64,000 nt of DNA from an uncultured Pseudobdellovibrionaceae bacterium (GTDB lineage: Bacteria > Bdellovibrionota > Bdellovibrionia > Bdellovibrionales > JAGQZY01). Both the position numbers and the translations under genes were made by a program. The notes under the pieces were generated by a model. The model saw only the letters and a program-made list of their open reading frames with translations. It made no database searches and had not been told where the DNA came from. Location: assembly GCA_964588335.1 (NCBI GenBank), contig CAZPOV010000003.1, positions 148,125 through 212,124 of the forward strand, read 5' to 3'. Below are positions 27,506 to 37,245 of the stretch, one piece after another. The stretch's first letter is position 1. Each line of letters begins with the position of its first letter.

Positions 27506-28386
27506 ATGATCTTCTTTTCAGGAAGCATCTCCCCAGCTTTCAATTGAACCGGCAAGTGTTTTTGTAATCCCACCGGGCAATGCCAAAACGGCGAGTGCGC
27601 ACAGTAAAAATTCAAAGTTTTATTAAAGTCTAAGACCATAGGGGTGCCGTCGACTAAGCCATTGGGCATGTCAATCACCAGCTCACGTCCTCCGGCATAG
27701 GTCTCTGAACCTTTGCTTTCATCGGTAAAAATCAAAGCCACATAGTCCTTGCTTTCACCGTCCTTTTGCCAATTGTAGGCTGGTAAAAAATAGTCTTTCC
27801 CGGCAATGGAAAAACTGACATTACCCACCTGATGAACCTTGGTGGGGTCGCCTTGAACGGTTTTATAACTGACAAAGCGAGGTTTTTGTTTTTTAAATTG
27901 TCCCCCGACCACGGCGTTGGGGTTGTATTCGTAAAACCGAAAACCGGTGAAACTTTCGATCTGTTTGGGGTCATAGAGATAACCCCACATCTTCTTGTTA
28001 CGTCGACCGAACACCACTTCCGCCACATCGCCATTGGGAAGTTTAAAGGTCTTGCGGCGCGCTTTCGGCTTGTCCTGTAAATATCCCAAAGTCGACTCTT
28101 TCACTTGGATCCGAATACCACCACCCAAATGCTCAGCTACAGCATAAACGTTTTTCGGTTTTTGGGTTCGCCATTGGCTTTGTTTTTTATTGTCCGCCAA
28201 CTCAAGATAAAGACTGTCTCCTGGTTGCGCCTGCTCTAAAGCATAGGCGTTTAAAAAAGAGGTCGGCGAGGTCAGGGCTTTTTTCAATGTCTTCTGTTTC
28301 CAGGCCAGCCAGTTCTGTTCGGCTGGTGAGGTTTGTGGCGCTGGGTCGGCACTTAAAAATGACAAGAGCAGCACAAAATGAAGCAT
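27502..28386 (-). CDS. DUF1684 family protein (secreted)
   Basis: The C-terminal NFYCAHSPFWHCPVGLQKHLPVQLKAGE matches the DUF1684 'C-A-x5-C-P...N-x-L...AGE' signature. Confidence 0.7.
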   Translation of the reverse strand: MLHFVLLLSFLSADPAPQTSPAEQNWLAWKQKTLKKALTSPTSFLNAYALEQAQPGDSLYLELADNKKQSQWRTQKPKNVYAVAEHLGGGIRIQVKESTLGYLQDKPKARRKTFKLPNGDVAEVVFGRRNKKMWGYLYDPKQIESFTGFRFYEYNPNAVVGGQFKKQKPRFVSYKTVQGDPTKVHQVGNVSFSIAGKDYFLPAYNWQKDGESKDYVALIFTDESKGSETYAGGRELVIDMPNGLVDGTPMVLDFNKTLNFYCAHSPFWHCPVGLQKHLPVQLKAGEMLPEKKIM

Positions 28387-28489
28387 AAACAGACCCCCCA
28401 GTTGGCTATTTTGACGGTTTATGCATCATATATAAGACTTCTCTCTGCTGCAACTTATGATAGCCTTAAAAGCTCGGGTGAGGTGATAC

Positions 28490-29509
28490 ATGGACAATAA
28501 GGTGCAATTCAATCTGCAAGGATTGGAACAGGAATTGAAGCAATTGGTTTCAACAAGTTCGGGGCGACGCAGCTTTTTGAAAGCGATGCCGCTTTTGCTT
28601 GCGGCTTGCTCCACGGCCCCCAAAACTCGGTATCGTGAAGGTGATAACACCGGACAGGCCGCCGCTTTGACAGTCTCTCAAGAAAAGAAAATGACGGCGG
28701 AAGTTTTACCCAAAATGCAAAAAGACTACCCTAAATTGCGGGACGCTCAGTTGCAAAATTACATTTCCAGTTTGGGCCAAAAGATAGTCCGTAAAAACAA
28801 CCTTGTTGGAAAACCCTACACCTATAGTTTCTCGGTGGTTGACGTAAAGTACGTCAACGCCTTTGCATTGCCTGCTGGCACCATTTTTGTGACCACCCCG
28901 CTGCTCGCCATGGCCGATAGCGAGGCTGAGCTGGCGGGAGTGATTGGTCACGAGGTTGGACATGTTAAAGCGCGCCACTCGGCCGAGCGCATGTTCAAAG
29001 CCCAACAAGAGCAGCAGAAAAGCTGGCTTTATGCGTTGGGTGGCGGCCTTGGCGGAGCTCTGGTGGGCTTTGGAATTGGTAAACTGGTTTGTCCTCCTAA
29101 GGATAAAAAATGCCTGGCGAAAGCTGCCGCATACGGGGGCGGTGCCGGAGCCCTGGGAGGCCTTCTGATCCAAAAATACGGTTTCTTAGCCAATTCGCGA
29201 GAGGATGAGATGGAAGCTGACCGCATTGGATTTCGCACGTCAACAAAAGCGGGGTATCACAAAGATTATGTTGGAAGGTTTTATTCCAAGTTGTTAAAGA
29301 TGGAGCAAGACCGCAAACAAGGGGGCGGCGTCATGGCTTCATTTGCTGACGCATTAAGCACCCACCCTCCCAGTCGCGAACGGGTTCAACAGATGAACGA
29401 AATGGCGAGAAAGTCAGGAGGCGCTGGTCAGATCAACACGGATCAGTTTGCTAAAATCCGTGCGAAAGCAAAACAAATCTCCATCAAAAGGGGAGCACAA
29501 ATTACGTAA
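28490..29509 (+). CDS. M48-family zinc metalloprotease, Tat-signal lipoprotein
   Basis: HEVGHVKARH zinc motif with a downstream E (REDEMEADRIG). The N-terminus has the SGRRSFLK twin-arginine motif followed by the lipobox LLLAAC. Confidence 0.85.
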   Translation: MDNKVQFNLQGLEQELKQLVSTSSGRRSFLKAMPLLLAACSTAPKTRYREGDNTGQAAALTVSQEKKMTAEVLPKMQKDYPKLRDAQLQNYISSLGQKIVRKNNLVGKPYTYSFSVVDVKYVNAFALPAGTIFVTTPLLAMADSEAELAGVIGHEVGHVKARHSAERMFKAQQEQQKSWLYALGGGLGGALVGFGIGKLVCPPKDKKCLAKAAAYGGGAGALGGLLIQKYGFLANSREDEMEADRIGFRTSTKAGYHKDYVGRFYSKLLKMEQDRKQGGGVMASFADALSTHPPSRERVQQMNEMARKSGGAGQINTDQFAKIRAKAKQISIKRGAQIT

Positions 29510-29518
29510 GGATGACCC

Positions 29519-30031
29519 ATGTCACTAGAAAAAGCTTTAAGAGTGGTGCCCGATTTTCCTAAACCAGGCATTGAATTTTTAGATATTTCTCCACTTCTTG
29601 AAAACCCCGCTCATTTTAAATCTTTGATCCTTGAATTGGCCGAAGCCAGTCAACAGTTTGAATTTTCAAAAATTGTCGCCATCGAATCTCGAGGCTTTAT
29701 TTTAGGCTCTGCCCTGGGGCTGTATTTAGAAAAAGGCTTCGTGATGGTGCGAAAAAAAGGCAAGTTGCCTGGCGAAACCGTTCAGCAGACTTATGATCTT
29801 GAATACGGCACCGACACCATCGAGATGCTTCCCACCAGCTTAGAAAAAGGCGAGAAGGTGCTTGTTCTTGATGATGTTTTAGCCACAGGTGGAACCGCCG
29901 CAGCGGCCTGCCAATTGATCGAAAAGATTGGCGCCGAAGTTTCAGGCTGTCTGTTTTTTGTTGAACTGGATTTTCTTAAGGGTCGTGAAAAACTTTCGAC
30001 TCCGACTCATTCACTGATCCATCGCTCTTGA
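29519..30031 (+). CDS. apt: adenine phosphoribosyltransferase
   Basis: 170 aa with FPKPGIEFLDISPLL and the VLVLDDVLATGGTA PRPP-binding motif. Confidence 0.92.
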   Translation: MSLEKALRVVPDFPKPGIEFLDISPLLENPAHFKSLILELAEASQQFEFSKIVAIESRGFILGSALGLYLEKGFVMVRKKGKLPGETVQQTYDLEYGTDTIEMLPTSLEKGEKVLVLDDVLATGGTAAAACQLIEKIGAEVSGCLFFVELDFLKGREKLSTPTHSLIHRS

Positions 30032-30056
30032 TAAACCCCACACGAAGGAACAAACA

Positions 30057-30623
30057 ATGATGCATATCCTTGTTGGCACCAATCGCCCCCATTCACGAAG
30101 CGCACAAGTGGCCGAATACATTAAACCGTTTTATGAAAAACAAGGCCAAGAGGTCAAAGTCATGAACCTCATTGATGTCGGACTCGATGACGTTAAAACG
30201 GGAAGTTACGGTGATGGAGCCAAACCCGAGGCCATGGTTAATGCTGTCGATGAACTTTTAGAGTCTGATGGGCTTGTGGTCATTGTGCCTGAGTACAATG
30301 GTTCCTACCCAGGGGCCTTGAAGTATTTTATCGACCACTGGAAATACCCCGACTCGTTTGAACATCGACCGGTGGCCTTTATCGGTTTGGGTGGACGCTT
30401 TGGCGGCCTAAGACCTGTGGAGCATTTGCAACAGGTTTTTGGTTACCGAAACGCTTTTATGTATCCGGACCGCGTTTTTCTAACCAATATTTTTGGCATT
30501 CTCAAAGAGGGACAGGTCACAGACACGGTGATGGCGGATCTCCTAATGACACAAGCCCAGGGCTTTTGTCGGTTTATCAAGGCCCTTAAGTCCGAAAACC
30601 TCCATGGGGGCCTTAAAAACTAG
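30057..30623 (+). CDS. NAD(P)H-dependent FMN reductase family oxidoreductase
   Basis: ILVGTNRPHSRS...VIVPEYNGSYPGALKYFIDHW, typical of the FMN_red family. Confidence 0.78.
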   Translation: MMHILVGTNRPHSRSAQVAEYIKPFYEKQGQEVKVMNLIDVGLDDVKTGSYGDGAKPEAMVNAVDELLESDGLVVIVPEYNGSYPGALKYFIDHWKYPDSFEHRPVAFIGLGGRFGGLRPVEHLQQVFGYRNAFMYPDRVFLTNIFGILKEGQVTDTVMADLLMTQAQGFCRFIKALKSENLHGGLKN

Positions 30624-30646
30624 AAAAAATAGGATAAACTGGGTCC

Positions 30647-31414
30647 ATGAAGAAGGCCTTAGTTTTTATCTCAATCGTTGTGTTGGTGGGTTGCGCGTCT
30701 GACGATTCTGTCGATAGTTTACCCAAAGAAATCAATCAAAAATACCCCGTTGTAACAATTGAAACGTCGGGAGACCTTTATTACGAAGAGGGTGGTCAAA
30801 ACGTCCAAATGGACTTGTTTGGTAACTGCGCTCCCGGTCGCAAGGTTATTTACGTAGAGATTGATCGCAAAAAGTCAGTGGCTAATTGCAAAAAGGGCCG
30901 CTACCGATTTTCGATGAATCTTCCCAAAACTTTTTTTGGAAAAAAATATGGTAAGGTTCGCGGGCCTTCTGCCAACTACGTGATGAAAGCGGTCAAAGCT
31001 TTTCACGATGGCCACGAGGAGCTCAATGCGACCTCTTATATCTTAATTGATCGCAAGAAAAAAGAAGTGAAGTCGGTCATTAACAAACAAGTGAAATTCG
31101 AGAAAATTCCAACCGGTGAGTACGAGCCGATCACTCAATTCAATGCCTTTGGTAGTTGCACTTCCGGCACACTTTTAAAGCTTGATATTACGGCTCCTGA
31201 TCGTTACGGCCATGAGGTTTCTAAGTATGATGAGAAGAAAGAGTGTCAGAACTCTGGAGGTTTTTACTTCTTGTCGCAAATCCACGGGTACCCGAAGAAA
31301 GGGACTTTGGTTTATATCTACGAGGACAAAAAAATCAATCCGAAACGAGCTCCAGCGAGCAAGTCGAAGCCTCGATATAAAAACCTATTCAAATGGTCGA
31401 TACCCATTGATTAA
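30647..31414 (+). CDS. lipoprotein, hypothetical, with an internal two-fold repeat
   Basis: Lipobox LVGCAS. The pattern FG-x-C-x-x-G...C-x-x-G-x-Y/F-x-F occurs twice. Confidence 0.6.
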   Translation: MKKALVFISIVVLVGCASDDSVDSLPKEINQKYPVVTIETSGDLYYEEGGQNVQMDLFGNCAPGRKVIYVEIDRKKSVANCKKGRYRFSMNLPKTFFGKKYGKVRGPSANYVMKAVKAFHDGHEELNATSYILIDRKKKEVKSVINKQVKFEKIPTGEYEPITQFNAFGSCTSGTLLKLDITAPDRYGHEVSKYDEKKECQNSGGFYFLSQIHGYPKKGTLVYIYEDKKINPKRAPASKSKPRYKNLFKWSIPID

Positions 31415-31440
31415 AACAAATTCCTTTCTATGAAATCAAA

Positions 31441-31470
31441 ACCCTGGCTTTGAAGGTCAGGTTTTTTTTG
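31441..31470 (+). terminator. probable terminator
   Basis: cctggc-tttgaag-gtcagg (one G.U pair) followed by T8. Confidence 0.5.
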
Positions 31471-31765
31471 TATTTAAAGCTCCTGAAAGGGTGCGCTCTC
31501 AGCTCGTGCAAGCGGCGTGGTAAAGCGCTCGGTGAAATACAAGGCTTGTCAGTCAGGAACACAGGAAACAGCTGGGACGGGACAGTCGAGGCCACAGGCA
31601 TAATTTCTTTTTGCTTCCTCAATATCCTGACTGCGATCAATCAACCTGTAGAGTCGGCGGCAATCATCAACCACAGAGTCGTCGCCCCTAAAGACTGAAG
31701 CGACTCTTTAGAAAAAACACATAACTGTCTTAAGATAATGGGTTTTCTTGGCCTGAAAAGATTTT

Positions 31766-32734
31766 TTAAAGTGAAAAATCACTGAGTGCGAAATAGGTGA
31801 AAATCACATCAGCACCGGCTCGCTTAATGCTAAGAAGAGTTTCGCCAATGGCCTTTTCTTGATTCAACCAGCCTTTTTCGGCAGCCGCCATAATCATGGC
31901 ATACTCACCACTGACATTGTACGCCGCAATCGGTAAGGTTGAATGATTTTTAAGATCGGTAATAATATCTAAATAGGCCAGTGCTGGCTTCACCATTAAA
32001 AAATCAGCGCCCTCTTCGCTATCCAGGTCAGCTTCTAAAAGAGCCTCTTTTTTACTGGCAGGACTCATTTGATAGGTTTTCTTGTCGCCAGCTTTGGGTG
32101 CCGAATCGAGAGCTTCACGAAACGGTCCATAAAAGGCGGAAGCGTATTTCGCAGTGTAGGCTATAATCCCTCGATCGGTAAAACCTTTGCCGTCGAGCGC
32201 TTGGCGTATCGCACCGACTCGACCATCCATCATGTCACTGGGAGCGACAATATCAGCGCCGGCTTCGACGTGCAGGACCGCCATCTTTCCTAAAATTTCC
32301 ACCGTTTCATCATTGAGAATCACGCCATCTTTCACCAACCCGTCGTGGCCATCACTGGAATAGGGGTCCAAGGCAATATCAGTGATGACCAGCAATTCTG
32401 GGAACCGTTTTTTGATCTCGGCCACCGCTTGGCAATTCAAGTTCGAGGAGTTCAGCGCTTCACTGGCTTTTGAATCTTTTAACGATTCTTCGATCGAAGG
32501 GAAAAGGGCAACCGCGCCCACGCCTTTTTGCAGAGCTTGTTCGCAGACATTCAACACCTGATCGACGGACCAACGGTACTGCCCCGGCATCGCCGCAATC
32601 TCTTGTTTTTGTTTTGTCCCGTCGACTAAAAACAGGGGATAGACAAAGTCTTTGCGACTCAATTCCGTGTCTTGGCGCCAATGGCGAAGGGTGGCATTTT
32701 TACGATTGCGTCTTGGTCTTTTTGTTAGCTTCAA
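31766..32734 (-). CDS. hemB: porphobilinogen synthase (ALA dehydratase)
   Basis: RPRRNR...RHWRQDTELS N-terminus, ITDIALDPYSSDGHDG, PSDMMDGRV and YASAFYGPFREA motifs. Confidence 0.93.
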   Translation of the reverse strand: MKLTKRPRRNRKNATLRHWRQDTELSRKDFVYPLFLVDGTKQKQEIAAMPGQYRWSVDQVLNVCEQALQKGVGAVALFPSIEESLKDSKASEALNSSNLNCQAVAEIKKRFPELLVITDIALDPYSSDGHDGLVKDGVILNDETVEILGKMAVLHVEAGADIVAPSDMMDGRVGAIRQALDGKGFTDRGIIAYTAKYASAFYGPFREALDSAPKAGDKKTYQMSPASKKEALLEADLDSEEGADFLMVKPALAYLDIITDLKNHSTLPIAAYNVSGEYAMIMAAAEKGWLNQEKAIGETLLSIKRAGADVIFTYFALSDFSL

Positions 32735-33060
32735 TGATTGTCCTCAAGTTCTTCTAAAGATTCTTCTGATTGGTCGGCTAATCCATACTTTAATCGGCAT
32801 TCTTGCAGATGTTGTTTACCCACTTTTCCCATCGAGGCCAAAGAGGTCAGTAAAATACTGATGTCATCGGCGTATCCGCCTGGCAAAAAGTCGGGCACAG
32901 CGTCGACGGGGAGCAATAGGTAGGCGAGAGCGCCCACCAGTAAAGCCTTTTGAGTGACCGAAATGGACGGGTCTTTCATGGTTAAATAAACGGCCTCACT
33001 GGCGGCCATAACCTCTTTCCCAGCTCTGCGACTGTACTTTTGAATAGTCTTCCAATTCAT
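32731..33060 (-). CDS. DUF1232 (YkvA-like) membrane protein
   Basis: LLPVDAVPDFLPGGYADD matches the DUF1232 'D-x-I-P-D-F-x-P-x-x-G-x-x-DD' core. Confidence 0.7.
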   Translation of the reverse strand: MNWKTIQKYSRRAGKEVMAASEAVYLTMKDPSISVTQKALLVGALAYLLLPVDAVPDFLPGGYADDISILLTSLASMGKVGKQHLQECRLKYGLADQSEESLEELEDNH

Positions 33061-33151
33061 TCGATCACCTTGTCATTATTATGGTGCAAAAGTAGGGTAC
33101 GACTTTGCTTGACTCAAGGATAAAGAGTACACTAGAAGCTAAGGACGCACC

Positions 33152-34441
33152 ATGACAAGCACCACGATTCTTACTGTTCTACTTGTTTTCAGTTTCATTA
33201 TCGGTCGATTTCTTCGCCGCTTTGATACCCCCCATTTTATTTTCTCGGGCATGCTTTATTTAATTCTGGGGCTTCTGGTCGGATCTTATATGGGCTTTGG
33301 AATTCTCACTGAAGATCTTCTCTACAAATTGGAACCGATGACTGACCTAATGACGGGAATTGCCGGTTTTTTACTGGGTTTGCGGTTTCGCTTACTCATG
33401 CAATTTAAACGAAGCTTTGTCAGCGGGAGCCTTTTGGGTTTGACCACATTTATTGCCATGGCGTTGGTGATCTTTTTTGTCTCTCCGTTTGCCATTGATT
33501 TTTCGGCCCTGTCTTTTGATGCGACTTTTTTAGAAGGGGTCGGGCACCAGGGCATACTGAGCTACCTATCATTTCCCTTTGATGTCAATCGCAAGCAGTT
33601 CTGGTTTGCCTTGGGTACCAGTGCCACCGCTTGCTCGGCGTCCCTTCTTAGCCTTGGAATGGTTTCAAAGTTTAATAAAACCACCACCGAAATTTCGCGG
33701 GCCCTAAGTATCATTGCGCCGTCAGGGCAGTTTATTGCCATCAGTTTATTGGGCATTTGCTTGGCGATGGCGCGCGCTGATATTTCAGCAACGGCTCTTC
33801 AGATCTCATTGGCCGAATGGATTGTCGCCAGTCTGTTTTCCGGATTCCTGTGTGGAATTCTGTTTTCCCTTTTTATTGGTCGTCAATCCAATGAAAACCG
33901 TATCATGCTGGCGGCCTTGGGAGCCATTATCTTTGCTGCCGGTATCGGCACGCTCTTAAGTGTGTCGTCGTTGTTTGTTTGCTTTATCACCGGTCTAACC
34001 ATCAGCATATTTTCGAGCTACGCCGAAGTTCTGAAAGAGAATCTGGTCCGCGTTGAGGAGCCCATCTTTGTTCTATTGTTGGTGATTGGTGGAGCCTCTT
34101 GGCATCCCGAGATCAACCGCGCTTGGATTCTCCCAGCGGTATACTTCTTAGTTCGAGCTTTGGTGTTTTCTGGCAGTGCCCATTTCATTCATAAAAAAGT
34201 CACGGGTCGTAAATTGGCTCGACTGGGGCAAGGCCTTTTAGGGCAAGATTTGATCGCGGTGGCGATTGCTCTGTCTTTGGCCAAAGAATTCCCTGGGCTA
34301 TCCCAGCTTTTTCTGACAACCATCTTGGGTAGCATCTTTTTAAATGATATCGTCGCCAACTCATTGCTGAAAAAAGTGATTTTGGACAATGAGCAAGCCA
34401 TTGAGGTTCATCCCCTAGCGACAGAGGAAGGTGAAGAATGA
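33152..34441 (+). CDS. polytopic membrane protein, cation:proton antiporter (CPA2)-like, no RCK domain
   Basis: 429 aa and about 12 hydrophobic segments. The N-terminal pattern FIIGRFLRRFDTPHFIFSGMLYLILGLLVGS resembles the Kef/CPA2 'lP-x-v-x-GyllaGillGP' start. It overlaps trkA (ATGA). Confidence 0.55.
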   Translation: MTSTTILTVLLVFSFIIGRFLRRFDTPHFIFSGMLYLILGLLVGSYMGFGILTEDLLYKLEPMTDLMTGIAGFLLGLRFRLLMQFKRSFVSGSLLGLTTFIAMALVIFFVSPFAIDFSALSFDATFLEGVGHQGILSYLSFPFDVNRKQFWFALGTSATACSASLLSLGMVSKFNKTTTEISRALSIIAPSGQFIAISLLGICLAMARADISATALQISLAEWIVASLFSGFLCGILFSLFIGRQSNENRIMLAALGAIIFAAGIGTLLSVSSLFVCFITGLTISIFSSYAEVLKENLVRVEEPIFVLLLVIGGASWHPEINRAWILPAVYFLVRALVFSGSAHFIHKKVTGRKLARLGQGLLGQDLIAVAIALSLAKEFPGLSQLFLTTILGSIFLNDIVANSLLKKVILDNEQAIEVHPLATEEGEE

Positions 34442-35775
34442 AAATTGTGATAGTGGGCGCTGGCGATGTGGGAAGCTACCTTGCGAAAGATCTTTCGCAA
34501 CGGTCCGAGGATGTCATTATTGTCGATACCGATTCGCGAGCCTTAGAAAGAGTTGAAGAAAAAACCGATGTGATGACGATGCGAGGCAACGGCACCTTTC
34601 GCAAAACCTTAGCCGAAGTGGGTGTTCAATCGGCCGACCTGGTGGTGGGTGTAACAAGTCACGATAATACAAACCTGGTCATTGCCTCCCTGGCTGCCAG
34701 TCTTGGTGCCAAGCGAACAGTCGCTCGTGTTGATGCTCCTGAGTTCTTTATGACCAAGGGTGGAATTGAACGCGGGGTGCTGGATAGTTTTGCCATCGTC
34801 TGTGCCTCGCGACTGGTCAGTGCCGAGCTTTTACGGTTGGTGCGTCGAATTGAAATGCCTTATGTTGAAAATTTCTCTTCCAACTCGATTACGGTCGCTA
34901 TGGTGGAGGTCAATGAAGACTGCCGGTTTTTAGAAAAATCGGGGAGTGACTTAGAGTTGGGAAAAAATGCTAAAGTCATTGGAGTGTTTCGCGACGGCGA
35001 ACTCCGCCGCCCCTTTGATCTCGCCCATCTCTACAATGGCGATAAAATTCTTTTGGCCTCAACATTGGAAAAACTTCCCATTGCCATGCGCCGATTGGTG
35101 CAGATCCCTGGAAAGAAAGCCGTGATTATTGGCGGTGGAGACGTCGGCTACCAACTTTCAAAATCTCTGCAAGAGGTGGAAAACCGCCTGACTGTTATTG
35201 ATGTCGATCGAAGGCGCTGTGAATTCTTAGCTGACAACCTGGATCACGCCACCATTGTTCATGGCGATGGCACAAGCTTAGCCCTGCTTCAAGAAGAGCA
35301 TGTGGAGATGGCGGATTACATTCTAGCAGTGACCCGTGCCGACGAGGTGAACTTGATGTCGTCCCTGGTTTCCCAAGAAATTGGTGTTGATAACACCTTC
35401 ACCTTGGTGCATCGACCTGGCTACGCTCACGTCTACGAGCATTTAGGAATTAAAGGAACAGCCAGTGCCCATGAGTTGATTTCAAAAGCGGTCAACAAGT
35501 ACTTTCCCAATCAAATTATTCTGACCGAATCTCCCATACCGGACACCGACTATTTGGTGGGTGAATTTCAAGTTCCCTATCATGTGACTAACAACAATCT
35601 TAAAATTCGCGACTTATCAATTCCTCCGGGATGTTATTTGGTGGGAATTTCTCGCAACGAAGAGTTTTATTTTGGAGACGGGGATTCTGAAATTCATCCG
35701 GGCGACATCGTTATTGTCGTGCTGAAGAAAAAAGAACTAAAGGGTCTTGAAAATATGTTCAAGAAACTGAAGTAA
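34438..35775 (+). CDS. trkA: Trk system K+ uptake protein TrkA (two RCK/KTN + TrkA_C units)
   Basis: MKIVIVGAGDVGSYLA and a second AVIIGGGDVGYQLS Rossmann motif. Length is 445 aa. Confidence 0.9.
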   Translation: MKIVIVGAGDVGSYLAKDLSQRSEDVIIVDTDSRALERVEEKTDVMTMRGNGTFRKTLAEVGVQSADLVVGVTSHDNTNLVIASLAASLGAKRTVARVDAPEFFMTKGGIERGVLDSFAIVCASRLVSAELLRLVRRIEMPYVENFSSNSITVAMVEVNEDCRFLEKSGSDLELGKNAKVIGVFRDGELRRPFDLAHLYNGDKILLASTLEKLPIAMRRLVQIPGKKAVIIGGGDVGYQLSKSLQEVENRLTVIDVDRRRCEFLADNLDHATIVHGDGTSLALLQEEHVEMADYILAVTRADEVNLMSSLVSQEIGVDNTFTLVHRPGYAHVYEHLGIKGTASAHELISKAVNKYFPNQIILTESPIPDTDYLVGEFQVPYHVTNNNLKIRDLSIPPGCYLVGISRNEEFYFGDGDSEIHPGDIVIVVLKKKELKGLENMFKKLK

Positions 35776-35784
35776 GGATTTTCA

Positions 35785-37245
35785 TTGCAAAAACGTATTG
35801 TGGCCTACTATGTGGGTCAGCTTTTCATCATTTTATCTTTTTTCATGCTAGCGCCGCTAGCCATGGCCTATTATGACAACGCTCAGGAATCACTCAACGC
35901 TTACATGATGGCCATTTTGATTTCCATCGGCTCAGGAATTTTACTGCGCTATTTTGCACACCGACTGAAGGTGAATATTCTCTCGATTTCCCGCAAGGAT
36001 GCCTTTGGTATTGTGGCTCTTGGATGGGTCGGTTCCGGATTTATCAGTGGTCTGCCTTTCTTTTTTGAAGGTAGCATTGCTGACCTAAGTGCCTCCACTT
36101 TTGAAGCGATTTCAGGGCTTACCACCACTGGCGCCACAGTTATCAACGATATTGAATCCTTGTCGCGAGCCACCCATTTGTGGCGCGTGCTCTTGCATTG
36201 GATCGGTGGGATGGGAATTGTGGTTCTTTTCGTGGCTATTTTTCCCCACATGGGCCTGGGAGGAAAACATCTTTTTAAAACCGAAGTGGCGGGTCCCATC
36301 ACTGAAGGTTTGAAGCCGCGGATCAAGCAGACCGCTTTGCGCCTGTGGTGGGTCTATATGATGTTCACCGCTGCCTGCACGGCTCTTCTGTTCCTGTGCG
36401 GACTCTCTCTTTTTGATTCGATCTGTCACGCTTTTTCAACTCTTTCCACTGGTGGTTTTTCTACCCGTGCCGCCAGTGTCGGAGCATTTAACAACCCCAT
36501 GGCCGAATGGGTGATCATTATTTTCATGCTCGCTGGTGGTGTCAACTTTGGTCTTTACTACGGACTGTTCCGTGGAAAATTTCAAAAGCTTTTCACCAGT
36601 GTTGAAGTTCGTTTTTTTCTCCTTTTAAATTTGGTCGTTGGCCTGGTGATCTTTTTCATGACGACCCATTTCGAAAGTGGTAAGTGGACCGAAGAGCTCA
36701 GAGACTCCTTTTTCCAAACTGTGGCGGTGACCACAACCACGGGTTTAATGACCGCCGATTTTGATCTCTACCCTTTGGTTAGTAAATACCTCCTTTTTAT
36801 CTGCATGTTTATTGGCGGTTGTGCCGGATCAACGGCGGGAGGCCTTAAGGTTTCTCGAGTTCTCATCGTTTTTAAACGCTGTATTCAAGAACTTCGCCTG
36901 ACTTTGCACCCGCAAGAGGTGGTTTCTACAAAACTGGGTAAGCAAACCATTTCACGTCGGGTTCTGAGCTCGGTGTTTATCTTCTTTTGCTCCTATTTCC
37001 TGCTCTACCTTTTTGGTGTCTTTATCATGTCACTCTTAGGTCTGGACGGGGAGTCGGCCGCCAGCAGTGTGGTCGCGGCTCTATCCAGTGTGGGCCCTGG
37101 ATTTGGAGCGGTCGGACCGACGCAAAGCTACAATTTCATTCATCCCATTGGAAAATTAGTGCTATGCTTTTACATGATCGCCGGACGTCTTGAAATTTTT
37201 GTACTACTGACTCTGCTAACGCCATCATTCTGGAGGAAAGGTTAA
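35785..37245 (+). CDS. trkH: Trk/Ktr K+ transporter membrane subunit TrkH
   Basis: Four selectivity-filter-like motifs (GLTTTGATV, TLSTGGFS, VTTTTGLMT, AGSTAGGLKVSR). Length is 486 aa. Confidence 0.9.
   Translation: MQKRIVAYYVGQLFIILSFFMLAPLAMAYYDNAQESLNAYMMAILISIGSGILLRYFAHRLKVNILSISRKDAFGIVALGWVGSGFISGLPFFFEGSIADLSASTFEAISGLTTTGATVINDIESLSRATHLWRVLLHWIGGMGIVVLFVAIFPHMGLGGKHLFKTEVAGPITEGLKPRIKQTALRLWWVYMMFTAACTALLFLCGLSLFDSICHAFSTLSTGGFSTRAASVGAFNNPMAEWVIIIFMLAGGVNFGLYYGLFRGKFQKLFTSVEVRFFLLLNLVVGLVIFFMTTHFESGKWTEELRDSFFQTVAVTTTTGLMTADFDLYPLVSKYLLFICMFIGGCAGSTAGGLKVSRVLIVFKRCIQELRLTLHPQEVVSTKLGKQTISRRVLSSVFIFFCSYFLLYLFGVFIMSLLGLDGESAASSVVAALSSVGPGFGAVGPTQSYNFIHPIGKLVLCFYMIAGRLEIFVLLTLLTPSFWRKG

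Noticed and set aside
31471-31765. A ~295-bp gap between a terminator and hemB with no convincing ORF. The string gtcagg...aggaaacagc vaguely recalls the SRP (4.5S) RNA domain IV motif GGUCAGG...GGAAGCAGCC.
   Set aside because: I could not draw the required closing helix around a GNRA loop or the flanking long helix, and the similarity is limited to ~15 nt. The two track ORFs here (31450-31698 plus strand, 31428-31640 minus strand) lack an RBS and look like noise. I left the region unannotated; an Infernal scan would settle it.
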